DNA of 64,000 nt from Planctomycetota bacterium (GCA_039190745.1 JBCCXZ010000002.1:32001-96000); one strand, 5' to 3'. Counted from the first letter of the stretch, positions 50,162-62,000 are shown. Translations and numbers: made by a program. The notes: generated by a model from the letters alone, not told the origin.

Positions 50162-51646
50162 ATGGCCTGCTACCGCACACGAATATTCCCCACCCTGTTG
50201 TTGCTGCCAACGCTGTTGCTGCTGTTGGCGGCCGACGCTTCTCTCTCGCGTGCCGAGACGACCCTGCTGTGCTTCTCGTCGCCCAGCTGCGGACCCTGTC
50301 GGCAGATGCAGCCCACCCTGCAGCGACTCGCCCAGGCGGGCCACCGGCTGCAGAAGATCGACGTGACGCGCGACCGGCAGACCGCGGCGCGGTTCCGGGT
50401 GGAGAGCGTCCCGACGTTCGTCGTGCTGGTCGACAATCGCGAGATGGCGCGGCTGGTCGGTTCGACCGATCAGGCCACGCTGCTGGGTATGCTCTCCAAG
50501 AGCGAGCACCTCGCCGGCGTGGGCCGGCCGAGCGCCCCGGCGCACTCGCCAGCGACGCTCGCAGGGAACCCGTTCCCGAGCCTCCCCGGCTCTGCCGGCT
50601 CCAGACGGAACGCCGAAGAAGGCCGCATTGTGAAGGTGCAGGCCGAGGGCCCGCCGCGCGGAAGGCTGCTGGGTGCGACGGCGCGCGGGCCGGCCGCTGC
50701 AACGCAGAAAGACCTGATCGCCGTGACGGTGAAACTCTCGGTCGACGACCCGCAGGGGCAGTCCAACGGCACAGGCACCATCGTCGACGCCCGCAAGGGG
50801 CAGGCACTGGTGCTAACGTGCGGGCACCTGTTCCGTGAGTCGGGCGGTTCGGGAGCGATCATGGTGACGCTCTACGAGTCGTCGCCCAGCGGTGCTGTGC
50901 AGCGAGCGACCGTACCAGGCAAGCTGATCGACTACGACCTCGACCGCGACCTGGGCCTGGTGGCGATCCAGCCGGGGGTGGCGGTGCAGGCGGCGGCGAT
51001 CGCCCCGGTCGGCACGGCCACGGCTCCCGGTGAGGCGGTCGCCTCGGTCGGTTGCAACCAGGGCGCCGACCCGACCGTGCTGCGTTCGCGCGTGACAACG
51101 GTCGACCGCTACTCGGGGCACCCGAACCTGCAAGTGGCAGGCGCGCCGATTGAAGGACGCAGCGGCGGCGGGTTGTTCAACAGCCGCGGGCAGCTGGTCG
51201 GCGTTTGCTTCGCGGCCGACCCCGAAGGCAACGAAGGCCTGTACGCAGCGGCCCGTTCGGTCCAAGCCAAGCTCGACGCGTTGCAGCTCTCGATGGTGTA
51301 CCGCTCGCCTTCGCTTGAGGGCGGTCCGGCAGACGGCAATCCGCCCGCGACGGCGCTGGCCGCGTCGCCGCAGCCTACGGCAACGACGCCGGGAACGGTG
51401 CGTGGGCAAAACTCACTGGCCGCGGCTCCGGTGCCGAACCTGAGCCCCGCAGAGCAGGCCGGCCTGGAAGAGATTGTCGCTCGCGCGGTGCAATCGGAAG
51501 TTGTCGTCGTGGTTCGGCCGAAAGAGCTCGGCGGTAAGAGCGAGGTCTTCACGCTCCGCGATGTCTCACCAGAGTTCCTGGCCCGCTTGCGTGAGGCGCA
51601 GCCGGGCCGTTCGACCAACGCGGCCGCGGGCGCCCTGCTTCGGTAG
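50162..51646 (+). CDS. Secreted thioredoxin + trypsin-like serine peptidase fusion
   Basis: Signal peptide; SCGPC and SVPTF (thioredoxin); LTCGH, DLGLV and GRSGGG (His/Asp/Ser triad). Confidence 0.88.
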   Translation: MACYRTRIFPTLLLLPTLLLLLAADASLSRAETTLLCFSSPSCGPCRQMQPTLQRLAQAGHRLQKIDVTRDRQTAARFRVESVPTFVVLVDNREMARLVGSTDQATLLGMLSKSEHLAGVGRPSAPAHSPATLAGNPFPSLPGSAGSRRNAEEGRIVKVQAEGPPRGRLLGATARGPAAATQKDLIAVTVKLSVDDPQGQSNGTGTIVDARKGQALVLTCGHLFRESGGSGAIMVTLYESSPSGAVQRATVPGKLIDYDLDRDLGLVAIQPGVAVQAAAIAPVGTATAPGEAVASVGCNQGADPTVLRSRVTTVDRYSGHPNLQVAGAPIEGRSGGGLFNSRGQLVGVCFAADPEGNEGLYAAARSVQAKLDALQLSMVYRSPSLEGGPADGNPPATALAASPQPTATTPGTVRGQNSLAAAPVPNLSPAEQAGLEEIVARAVQSEVVVVVRPKELGGKSEVFTLRDVSPEFLARLREAQPGRSTNAAAGALLR

Positions 51647-51834
51647 GCCAGGGCTTGGGGTGGCCGGCATATCTGTCGTTACCGGCGCAACCCGGTTCGG
51701 TCCTTGTTTCTACGGGCCGGCATTCCCTGAAGAACAGCGCCCACGCGTGACCTAGACTGCCACTAGGCAGCAAACCGGCCGCCGTTTCCATGAAAGGCCG
51801 GATGAGCCCAAGCCCCCACGGGGACGGTCTACTA

Positions 51835-53121
51835 ATGGTCGCGTTCTTCACGATATCTCTGATCACCAACATGGTGTTGGGGTACGCGCTGGCGGTCTAC
51901 CTGGGCGGCGCCCGCTGGCCTTGGGAAGACGAGCCCGTCGGAGTACTCGACCGTGAGGTGGCAGAAGCCCAGTCTCGTCGGATCGAGGCGATGATCGGAG
52001 CCGAGAGCCGTACAGCAGAGAGGTCCGAAGAGTCAGAAGAAGGAGAGCCGGAGCCTCAGGTCTCAGCTGTTGCCGAGTCGGTCGAGCCGAGCCCGGAAAC
52101 CGCGACCGAGGGCGACTCCGAGGAACAGAATCCTCCCGAGGAGCCGGCGGCCGTCGAAGCCGCCGAGACCCTCGACGAAGCCGAGTTGCTCGCGGCAGCG
52201 GAAGTTGCTGACGCTGGCGATGCGCCCGAGCAAGACGAAGAACGCTCTAGCGACGACAGTATCGCCGAGCCGATCGATGCCGAAGCAGAGCCTGAGCCAG
52301 AAACACTCGCCGCGGCCGGAGCCGACCTAGCGGAAGACAAGTCGGTTGCGGAAGCTCCAGCCGGCGAAGAAGTCGCTGAAGCAGACACAGCCGCCGAAGC
52401 CGAAGCGGAAAAAACCGTCGAGGCGACCGACTCCGATCCGGTTGTCACGATCGAAGAGCCGGAAGACGAGTTGGCCGCTGAAGCGGCGGAGCTTGCAGAG
52501 GCTGCGGAGGTCGCTGAAGAACTGGTCGTCGAGCCTGAATCGGAAAGTACAGAATCGGAAAGTACAGAATCGGACAGCCCAAAGCCCGGCAGCGAATCGT
52601 CGGAAATCGTCGAAGAGGCAGCGGACTCCGTCACCGCCGAAGAGGCGAGCGTTGAGTCTACGGCCAACGACCCTGCGGGCGTTGAGGCCCCGATCGAAGC
52701 TGCTGCTCCGGTTGAAACCGAACCCGCAGCCGAAGACTTCGATGGCGACGAATTGCTCGCCGCAGCGGAAGCGCTCGCGGACGAGGCGTCGGCAGCCACG
52801 GAGGCTCCCGTAGCGGATGAGCCTGCGTTAGAGGCGGTGATCGAAGAGCCGTCGGCCGAAGCAGTTCAAGAAACTGAACCAACGACCGAGCCCGCAGAAC
52901 AGGCGTCCGCTGCCCCGGAAGACGACATCATGAAAGGCCTGGAGGCGTTCCGCAATCAGCTCTCCAGCGCCCGTGAGTCTTCGTCTCTCGACGGCATGCG
53001 GAACAGCAAACCTAAGACACAAGACGAAGCCGAGGAGCCCAAAGAAGAGGGCTCGACGCTCGACGACGCGCTGGCCGGCATCGAGGCGTTCCGCCAACAG
53101 CTCGCGAACATGAACGAGTAA
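51835..53121 (+). CDS. Membrane-anchored highly acidic low-complexity protein
   Basis: N-terminal TM, Glu/Ala/Pro-rich body, duplicated C-terminal helix G(L/I)EAFRxQL. Confidence 0.82.
   Translation: MVAFFTISLITNMVLGYALAVYLGGARWPWEDEPVGVLDREVAEAQSRRIEAMIGAESRTAERSEESEEGEPEPQVSAVAESVEPSPETATEGDSEEQNPPEEPAAVEAAETLDEAELLAAAEVADAGDAPEQDEERSSDDSIAEPIDAEAEPEPETLAAAGADLAEDKSVAEAPAGEEVAEADTAAEAEAEKTVEATDSDPVVTIEEPEDELAAEAAELAEAAEVAEELVVEPESESTESESTESDSPKPGSESSEIVEEAADSVTAEEASVESTANDPAGVEAPIEAAAPVETEPAAEDFDGDELLAAAEALADEASAATEAPVADEPALEAVIEEPSAEAVQETEPTTEPAEQASAAPEDDIMKGLEAFRNQLSSARESSSLDGMRNSKPKTQDEAEEPKEEGSTLDDALAGIEAFRQQLANMNE
52537..52574 (+). repeat. In-frame 15-bp tandem repeat (ESEST, about 2.5 copies)
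   Basis: GAATCGGAAAGTACA twice, then GAATCGGA. Confidence 0.85.
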
Positions 53122-53147
53122 GCACACCGCTCGGTCGTGCCAGGGAT

Positions 53148-53615
53148 TCATTCGTCGGCGAGCTCGAACACCGCTTCGATCTCCACGGCCATGCCTGCCG
53201 GCAAAGAAGCAGCCCCGATCGCGCTGCGGGCCGCGACGCCGTTGTCTTCTCCGAAGACGTCCCGCATCAGTTCGCTAAAGCCGTTGATCACCGCGGCGTG
53301 GCCGGTGAAGTCGCTGGTCGCCTGAACCAGGCCGAAGGTCTTCACAAGACGCGCAACCACGTCGAGCGAGCCGAACTCGGCACGGAGCGTGGCGAGCATG
53401 GCGAGGCCGGTCTGACGGGCGGCCTGGTAGCCTTCCTCGGCGGTCATGTCGTCGCCGACACGCCCCGTGATGAGCCTCTTGTCGGCCAGCAGCGGGCCGT
53501 GACCCGAGGTGTACGCCAGCCCTCCGACACGGAGGACAGGGCGGTAGAGCCCGAGGGCTTCGCCGGCGGGCGGCAGCTCAAGGCCGAGCTCTTGTATGCG
53601 TTGGTCGAAACTCAT
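53148..53615 (-). CDS. RidA/YjgF family protein
   Basis: YTSGHGP, VINGFSEL, ARSAIG and AVEIEAVF motifs. Confidence 0.9.
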   Translation of the reverse strand: MSFDQRIQELGLELPPAGEALGLYRPVLRVGGLAYTSGHGPLLADKRLITGRVGDDMTAEEGYQAARQTGLAMLATLRAEFGSLDVVARLVKTFGLVQATSDFTGHAAVINGFSELMRDVFGEDNGVAARSAIGAASLPAGMAVEIEAVFELADE

Positions 53616-53689
53616 CGGGCCGTCTCTGAATCTAGTGTGCTCTGGTGTGCGTCGCGCAATCGGGCTCGGAGAGCCCCCTACAGTGAGAT

Positions 53690-54067
53690 CTATTCGCCGT
53701 AGACTTCTTGGGGATCGACGACTGGCTGGGAAGTAATCTGCCATGCGTCGCCGTTGCGCTTGCGGAAAAAGCAACTGCTGTAGCCCTCGTGACAGGCCGC
53801 CCCCCGCTGGTGGACGCGGAGCAGGATGGCGTCTCCGTCGCAGTCGACACGGGCCTCAACCAGCTGTTGAACGTGGCCGCTGGTCTCGCCCTTCTTCCAG
53901 AGCCGGTTGCGGCTGCGGCTGAAAAAGACGGCGACCCCTCCGCGGAGCGTTTCCTGCCACGCCTCTTCGTTCATGTAGGCAAGCATCAGCACCTGCTCGG
54001 TGCGGGCGTCTTGCACCACCGCGGGCAGGAGGCCCCCGCCGCGGCTGAAGTCTGGCAAGTCGGCCAC
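53690..54067 (-). CDS. hisI: Phosphoribosyl-AMP cyclohydrolase
   Basis: VLMLAYMN, SRSR..LWKKGETSGH, DCDGD and ACHEGYSSCF motifs. Confidence 0.96.
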   Translation of the reverse strand: MADLPDFSRGGGLLPAVVQDARTEQVLMLAYMNEEAWQETLRGGVAVFFSRSRNRLWKKGETSGHVQQLVEARVDCDGDAILLRVHQRGAACHEGYSSCFFRKRNGDAWQITSQPVVDPQEVYGE

Positions 54068-54341
54068 TCTGGTTGCTCCGGTTTCGTTCGCCGAGGAGTC
54101 TGCGTTCTGACGGCGGTCTACAGCTCGCTCTATAGCCTCGCCAAGGTGGCATCATAACTGAGCAAGGACGGGAAGCCTACGCGCGGGGTTCGGTCGGTGC
54201 TTCCCGCACGATCGGGAAAGGCGCTCCGGATTGCCGCGGGTTGCAGCGGAAACGGCGGGCGGCCCGATACCTGGGACGTGAGGGAGGCGGAACCGCCCCG
54301 CCGTTTTGCCTCGCCGCCGCAGCCCCTCAAGGGAGACGCCC

Positions 54342-54953
54342 GTGCCCCAGCCGAAGACGCCCCAGCCGACGCCCCTCCTGCCGACGATCGTCCTGCCGGT
54401 CCACAACGGCGAGCGCGACCTGCAACGCAGGGTCGCCGCCGTCCTGGAAGTCGCCGCCGACCTCGGCATCGAAGTGCGCGTTGCGGTCGTCGACGACGGC
54501 TCGGTCGATCAGACGTACGAAGCCGCCTGCGAGATTTCCCGCGTCTTCCCTCAGGTGGCGGCGTTGCGGCAACCGGTGCGGAGCGGCCTGAAGGCGGTCC
54601 TGCGGCGTGCCGGCCAGAGGTACCCCGGCGCCGCGGCGATTGTGCACAACGGGGTCGACCAGATCGACGCGGGTTTGCTCCGCAGCATGCTCGAGCCGTT
54701 GGCCAACCGGGGCTCGGCTCCGGCTTCGCACCGTTCGCCGTCTCGGGGCTCTCGTCGGTTGGGCGAGCTGCAGCGCCTGCAAGAGAACATGGAGCGTGCC
54801 CACCGCTCGCCGGGCATGTTCATCCGCGTCCGCCTGGAGGAGTCTGAAGCGGAAACGTTACGCAAGCCGGCCCCGGCTCCGAAGGGCGCCGCCGTAGCTC
54901 CCGCGACTTGGACAGGCTCTTCGATGACGACGGGAATGCCCCAAACGTTCTGA
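54342..54953 (+). CDS. GT2-like N-terminal domain protein, probably degenerate
   Basis: IVLPVHNGE and VVDDGSVDQT present; no recognisable DxD or C-terminal half. Confidence 0.7.
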   Translation: MPQPKTPQPTPLLPTIVLPVHNGERDLQRRVAAVLEVAADLGIEVRVAVVDDGSVDQTYEAACEISRVFPQVAALRQPVRSGLKAVLRRAGQRYPGAAAIVHNGVDQIDAGLLRSMLEPLANRGSAPASHRSPSRGSRRLGELQRLQENMERAHRSPGMFIRVRLEESEAETLRKPAPAPKGAAVAPATWTGSSMTTGMPQTF

Positions 54954-55132
54954 GGAAGTCCTGCCGCTTTCGTTCCTCGGATAATTCCACGGCGTTGAAG
55001 TGCTTTACCAAACCGAGCGGGCGGAGCGCGAGCTCGGGGGCCTCGGTTCCAAAAAGAGAGTGTCCACTGCGCAATCGTGTGGTGACACCGCAAGTACCGG
55101 CCGCACCTTACGTTGCAACTCGCTTGTTTCGC

Positions 55133-55160
55133 TTGTCGCGGGCGATGCCGTGTGTATGAT
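55133..55160 (+). promoter_or_regulatory. Candidate sigma70 promoter for the HTH gene
   Basis: TTGTCG-N16-TATGAT. Confidence 0.45.
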
Positions 55161-55467
55161 GTCGTCGGCCAGAGGATGAGGAGCCGGCGGAGACGCCGCT
55201 TTCAACTCAATCGGTCGACCCTCGGCAGGGGCAAAACCTTTCTTGGCTGGTAGGTTCTGCGAAGGGTCTCAAAAGCGGTAGCGCGGCACTGATCGCTGGC
55301 GGCTGCACACTTATCTCATTTGAACCAGCAGATCTATTTTTACCGCGGCACCGCCGATCGGGCTGCGCAGCAAGCGTTTGGACACGCTCAGCGATTCTCG
55401 CGAGCTTGCTGCCCCACCCTCGATGGCGCACTCGGCGTGCAGCGGCCAGCCAGGGAGCACAGAAGGC

Positions 55468-56004
55468 ATGAGCACCGCGAATTACGACGTGAACACCGGT
55501 GGAGTGGGCGTGGCGGGAGGGATAGCAGCCTTGAGTAGCAACACACGCCCGCTCCATCGGCTTCGAGAAGTGCGTCACCAGCAGGGGGTTTCGCTGCGGT
55601 CCGCCGCGCGGAAGCTCGGGGTGAGCATCCAGGACGTGCGGCATCAGGAATCGCCGGGGACCGACCTGCCGATCTCGACGCTGCTTCGCTGGCAGGCGGT
55701 GCTAGAGGTGCCGCTGAGCGACCTGCTCGTGGACTGCGACGGGCCGCTCTCCGACCCGGTTGAGAAGCGCGCAGCGATGCTCCGCGTGATGAAGACCGCC
55801 AAGGCTTTGTCCGAGGCGACGGCCGGACGGCAAGAGCAGAAGGTCGCCGAGATGCTGGTCGACCAGCTCATCGCCTTGATGCCCGAGCTGGCGGAGGTCT
55901 CCGCGTGGCACACGGTCGGTCAGCGACGGACCCAGGACGAGGTGGGCCGGATCGTCGAGAGGACGATCCCCGACACGTTCTTCTCTTCCGATTCGGTGAC
56001 CTGA
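55468..56004 (+). CDS. XRE-family helix-turn-helix regulator
   Basis: HRLREVRHQQGVSLRSAARKLGVS...LLRWQAVLEVPLSDLL; C-terminal WHTVGQRR. Start approximate. Confidence 0.85.
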   Translation: MSTANYDVNTGGVGVAGGIAALSSNTRPLHRLREVRHQQGVSLRSAARKLGVSIQDVRHQESPGTDLPISTLLRWQAVLEVPLSDLLVDCDGPLSDPVEKRAAMLRVMKTAKALSEATAGRQEQKVAEMLVDQLIALMPELAEVSAWHTVGQRRTQDEVGRIVERTIPDTFFSSDSVT

Positions 56005-59000
56005 TCAAACGCGGCCTTGCACGGCGCCGCTCGGCGCGGGCGTTGCAGACCCGTTCGCCGGGTCGGCGCGGTGTTGGGGGAGGCCCGCTGCGGCGAGCTG
56101 AACGGCGATACACGCAACCGCGCCCGCGGCGAGCAGCGCCTCGGCGGTGCTGAGCGGCAACGCTATTAGCGCAGCGACCGTGACCGCCAGCAAGGCGGGG
56201 AGGAACAGTGCCGCGAGTAGCGCGTCGGTCCAGCGGTACCTGGCGTGGCCCCAAGCGCCCGTTGCGAGAAGCAGAAGCAGAAGAACGCGCTCGGAAGATG
56301 CGCCGCCGGCCGAGGGCTTGGCCGGGAGGTCGGCAACCGGTTCGGAGGTCGTGAAGCTCAGCCGCTGGTCGGCCGGTGCGCCGAACGGGCCGTGGGACTT
56401 GTCAGCCCAACCGGGGGCGCGTGTCTCCCGTAGCCAAGCGTCCCACTCGCTCTCGAGCAGCAGTTGCCTCGCCGCGTCCTGCTCTGCCGAGGCGATCCAG
56501 TCCGTCTCGAACTCTGAAGCAAGAGCTAAGCTTTCCGGAATTGCCGCGGGGTCAGTCAAGAGAATAGACCGGCCCCTTGCCGGGGACACTCGCCAGTAAA
56601 ATCCTCCGTCGCCGATCAGACTCTGGTCCTGATACCACCTCGGTGCGTGGAGTTCCGACGCTTCGCGGGGAAGGCCGTACCAGGCCTCGACTAAACGCGG
56701 GACGCCGGGCGGCTGCACCTCCACGCGGACCCGGGTCGTCCAATCCGCAGACCGCGGGGCCCGGACGCCGCCGACCTCAAGCCGCAGCAGGCTAGCTTCG
56801 TCCGGTAGCCGCAGTTCGAGTCCTTCGCTCGCGCCGGAGGCTACCAGCACCCGGGCCCTGGCCAGCGTGGCGCCGGTTGAGTCGACCACCGCCTCAACAA
56901 GGGTTGGTCCGATCTCTGCTATGGTGTGTAGATTCTCGGCCGACACCGCTTTGCCGCGCGGTGCGCCGGCGTCCAACCGGTACGCAAGGACGTCGTGGCT
57001 GGATTCGTCTGACCCCAAGAGTCCCGGTGGGAGAGGCGTTTGCGAACCGTCTGCAGAAGCAAGCCGCTTCAACATCACCTGACCTGGGGAGACCCGGACG
57101 AACGCCCGCTCTTCTGCAGCGTCGGGGAAGCGCACCAGCACGTCTTCGGCCGAAGGCGCATCGATCTTCGCTTCTGCGGAGAGGCGGAACGGCAGCGCTC
57201 CCCCGGGCGTGAGCGGCTCGGGCAGGCGTAGCAGGATAGTGCGGCCTCGCGGGAGTGGCTCTGTCTTGGACGCACCGTCCCAAGCTATCCGTGCGTTCAG
57301 CCATGACTCGGGTAACTCGCAGGTGATCCATTCCACCGGGCCGTCGGCGGCTTCGACTAATCCGTCAAGCACGAGGCGACGACTCGCTTCCTTTTCCAAC
57401 CACTGCACGGCGGTGCTGACTTGAAACCGAGCCCCGTACTCCGACAACTTCACGCTCCCTGGGTTGGAAACCGACTCGGGCGACCAGCGGGCGTCGCCGG
57501 CGGGAATCGGTTCGTCACCGGCTGTTGCGACCGCGGCGGTAAGCTCAATTGGGACCGCGACCTCCGAAACATCGAGTCGAACCGCTCTCGCGTGCTCCAG
57601 AGACAACCGGTACGTCCCGGGCGGACTGCCTTCCAGCGCAACGCCGGGCAGGGGCATGAGGCCGTCTTCTAGAGGCGCCCGGCCTTCGAGCCGAATGGTG
57701 TGCGGCCCGCCGACTCTTTTCGGTAGGAACACGATCAATCTACCGGTGCTGGGGCGCGTGGTGCGAAGCGAGATCGGCTCTTCGCTCTCGTCGGTCACGG
57801 CCCAAGCCGCACGCAGCTCAAACGAAGGGTGCACCTCAAGCCGATGCAACGCAATCCGGCCTTCAACAGCTGTGATCGCTGCGGAGTAATCGACGCCAAC
57901 CGACGACCGATCGAAGTTGAGGCTGACCCGTTGCTCTGCCAAGAACTCGACGGGTTGCTCACGCACGTCGATGCGCCATGGTCGGTCGGCGTCGCGCGAC
58001 ACGAACGCGGCGTCTGGCTCCGACGGCTTGCTGGGCCAGGCGGACGCGAACGCGGCGGGGTCTGTCTCCTGGGCGCCCGGACGAAGGCGGAGCGAGTAAG
58101 CTAGCCCGGGTTCGACGGTCACCGCCCACTGGATGTCCGGTTCGGGGGCGCCCCCCCAGTCGATTTGGGGCTGGTAGATCCTGCCGATGCCGCCCGATCG
58201 ATCGGCTTCGAACGCCCTCACGGCCCCGGTATCGGTCGCGGAGCCGTTGGGGACTTCTCGGTATGGCACTGGTGTACGCAGCTTTGGGAAGGCCGGGCCT
58301 TCGCCGGCCTCACTTGTCGAATCGAACACCTTCAACCGGACCCTATCCCGGCCGATCCGCAGCCAGCACAACGCTGCCCGGGAGTTGGTCTGTTCATCGG
58401 CGGTCGCGTTCGGCGGATTGCTGAGAAGTAAATCCAATCGGTCGGTGTGGCCCGTCCGCAGCGAGGCCAGGCCCTCGGCGTCGGCCCTGGAAAAAGCGTT
58501 GGTGGTGACGCACTGAACATGGGCGCCCGGCTTCAAGCCGACGACCCGGACGATGGCTTTCGCCGCACGCGGAACCGCCAAGCTAAGACGACCGTATGTC
58601 CCGTCTCTCTCGTGGTCGAAACGGCAAGGCAGCTCGACGCGGTACCGCCCGAGACCGGGGAGATTGAATTGGCAGCGGTCGCCTCCGGCATTCCATTGCA
58701 CCGGCTGTCGGATCCCGGCGACCTGAGCGGTGGCCGACCACTGAGCTTCTTCGCGGCGGATGGCGAGTTCGACCCGGCCGCTGCTGTTGCGGCAATCGAT
58801 GTCCCACACGCAACGCCAGTCTCCGGTCTGTGCGTCGCCCCTGTACTCTGCGTTCACAATGACGAAGCCTAAGCGGCTTTCTGCTCGCGGGTCTGCGATC
58901 TCAGCAAGAAGCCGAATCGCCGTCTCGGATGCGAGCGGGTTGCCGAGCTGGTAATCGGTTCGGTCGAACGGAAGGACGACCACAGACGGCGCGGGGTCAA

Positions 59001-62000
59001 CGTTTGGCGTAGCGTCGGCCGCCATTGCCGAGCGGCTCTCGGCGGTGGCCAAGAGGGCGAACACGAACAGACACGCGGCCGGCGCCGAGGAATGGACGCC
59101 CTCGGCTGCTTGGGAAGCACGGCCCGCCCGACCAACCCAGCATGCGCAAACCGCTCCGAGGATCGCCCCTGCGAACAACGGGTGCGCGAGCCACAACCAG
59201 CCGGGGGGGCCGAGCACTACCGCAGCTGTCGCAATGCAGATGAGCACGGCCCGGGCGCGGGTCGCCCGCCGAAGCACTACCGTCACTCCCGTGGCGGCAG
59301 CCAGTCCGAGGACCCAAGACGGCTCGAACGCCTCGGCGACGCGGTAGAAGGTGATGGGTTCGGGTCCGCCGACCAAGTCGAATCGATAGGGCGTCCAACC
59401 GGGGAACGCCGGCCGTTGTCGACCCGAACCGGCGGGGCCAGCAGTTTGATTGCGAACGACGCCAAACGGCCCGGCGATCCGACTCCAAACCGATGTGCCG
59501 TCAGGCCCGGTTGACGAGAGACAAGCCCGATACCCGGGCGGGGCCCAAGCCACAACGCGGCGTTTTCCAAGTGTGGCTACGCCGGCTGCTTCTGCGGGGG
59601 TTGTTGTGACGCCGCCCCATTCTCGAAGCAACTCGGTTTCGAATCCCACGCGTACTCGCCCTGGAGACTCGCCCCGGAGCAGCGACGCTTCGATGGCCGA
59701 AGTCCGCTGCGAAGGAGCAAGAAGCCGCCGCGCTTCTCCCGAAGCTTGGACCCATGCGTTGCTAGCGTTCGGCGGCAACGGGTACCCCGCAGACCACGGT
59801 GCGAGTGAGTTTGTGCGGAACTCAACCTCGTGGATGGCGCGCCCGTCCGCGAGGTACACCACGTGGTGCTCGGAGTCGTCCGATGAAGGCTGCCCTGCTT
59901 CAGAGCTCCCGGCTGAGCCCTCCTGGGGCAAGACCATCGGCAGCGTCCTGGGGCCCCAGAACCTGCGCGGCGGCAGCCGGTAAGCGGCGACAAGTGGCAA
60001 GGTATCGGCCGGCTCGGGCTGTTCCGCCCCCGGCAATGGCGCGGCAACGGCCCCGCCCGGGCGGACCGATACTCTGCCCGGAGGGGCCCTCACAGCGAGC
60101 CAACTCTGCTGCATCGCGGCGCGGGGGAATCGGATCGCATTACAGCTGGCGTGCGTCTCGGCGACTTCTTCGCACTCGATGTGCAGAACGTACGGCGCTG
60201 GGAGATCGGCCGGGATGCTCAACGTGTAAACGGCCTCGTCTTCTGCATACTCCGAGACGGTGGGCGGCGCTTCGATCCGTTCGCCGTCAGACTCCAGGAA
60301 GAACCGGGCGCCTTCGGGGAGGGGCCTCTGGAATCGGAAGACGAGCGCCGAAAGAGAGCCCCGCTGAGGAGTGGCCTCGCAGCGGTAGCGGTAACGGAAC
60401 TCGTCGCCGCAATCGATCTGCAAGACGCTTTCCACAGAAAAAACGGGGGGCGCCGCTCCGAGCGAAACACGCTGATCGGGCCCGAGTACGCTCAATTCGA
60501 TGGCCTGCTGCCCAAGGCTCATCGCTTCGACAGCGCCGAAAGATTCGGCATAGGACTCGTCGGAGAGCAAAGCCCCGTCGAGAGCCGCCCCGCGATCGGG
60601 CAGCAGTTCTAAGTCGCGGTCTACTAGGAGCGCGTGAGAACGGTTCGTGTCGTCTTGCCACTCGCAGAGCCTTAGCTCGCGTGCAGTGGGCGACGCCAAC
60701 TCGGCGGCGGCGGGTAGTCGGCCGTCGGCCCGCACAACCAAGCGGTCGCCGCCGGTGAGCGGTTCGGACAACGCGACACTGAGCCGACCGTCTCGACGCT
60801 GCCACGAGCGCAGCCGCTCGGGCGGTTCGGTCTCGACCGATTCGATTTCCCACTCGGTCGTGAGGACCCCTTCGATTTGGAAGATGGGCCCCGACTCGAC
60901 GACAAGTTCGGTAGCAAGCGCGCCGGAGGATTCGATCGAACCGAGGTCGATCCGGCTCACGCTGCGTGCGGCGAACGCGCGACGCTGTTGGTGGATCACG
61001 ACTTTGAGTCGGGCAGAGGGGGAATGGTGCGTCGCGGACGCCGCTCGGCCGGCCCCCCCCTCTGCAGGCGATCGGGGCTCGGCAGTGATCGAGGCGTCCT
61101 CCGCTTGCAGATCGATCAGCCGCAGCCCACTGTCGAGTTCCAGCTCCGTCGAACCTTCGGTCCACTCGCCGCTGGATACCCGAATGGCGGGCAGTTCGAA
61201 GGGCCGCCCCAGGACGAGCGGCGAAAGCGTGCGGCAGACGATCGTGCCGGGGGAGCCGGCGAGCAAAGCTAGCTTCACGGATGTCGGCCCGTGCGGCATG
61301 CGTTCGGCCTGTGCACCGTCTGAGGATTGCTCGACCGCGGTGAGCACAGCGTCCCCACGGAGCGACAAGTCGATAGCCCCGTCGATGGGTTCGTCCCGTC
61401 GAAACCGGACCACGTGTTCCCCATGGATGCCTCCGCGGTCGACGCTGAACCGGCTGTGGCAACTCCAGCGGCAGGCCGGTCGTCGGGCGGGATCGCGCTT
61501 CTCGGTAACGCGGAGCCGGTACGCATCGGCGGGAGCGAGCGTGTACCGCAGGGCTTGGGGGGTCGCTTGGTCTTGGTCGGTAGGGCGCTGCGCCGCGTCG
61601 CTCAGATCCGCCTCGCGTCCTTCGGGCAGTTTCAAGTCGAGTACGGCCTTGGTCGCAAGGGGGAGCGAGAACACGTACTCGACCGAAGGGTTGCGGTGCG
61701 CCTGCCGGAACGGTTTGGAAGAGGCCGACCAGGTGATTTCCAGAACGCCGGGCCTCGGCACTGCCACCCCGAAAACGGCTCCCCCCGCCGCGCTGTTCCA
61801 GTACCCGAGAGCGACCGGCTCTTCCGGCCGGTCGACCCATGCGGCGGACTCGACCTGGACGTCCATCGGAGCCAGCCGCAGCACCGAGTTCGTCTTTGCC
61901 GAAGGCAAACGCTCCAGTTGCAATCGGGAGACACCCGCCAAGCGATGGCGTGCGGGCTGCTCCTCGATCTGGTGAGCCGCGCTACTAATCCAAACCGCTG

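Noticed and set aside
55225..55310. c-di-GMP-I riboswitch suggested by GGGCAAA
   Set aside because: Lacks the GNRA-capped stem and the following GACGCAAA element; kept only as a generic structured-leader candidate.
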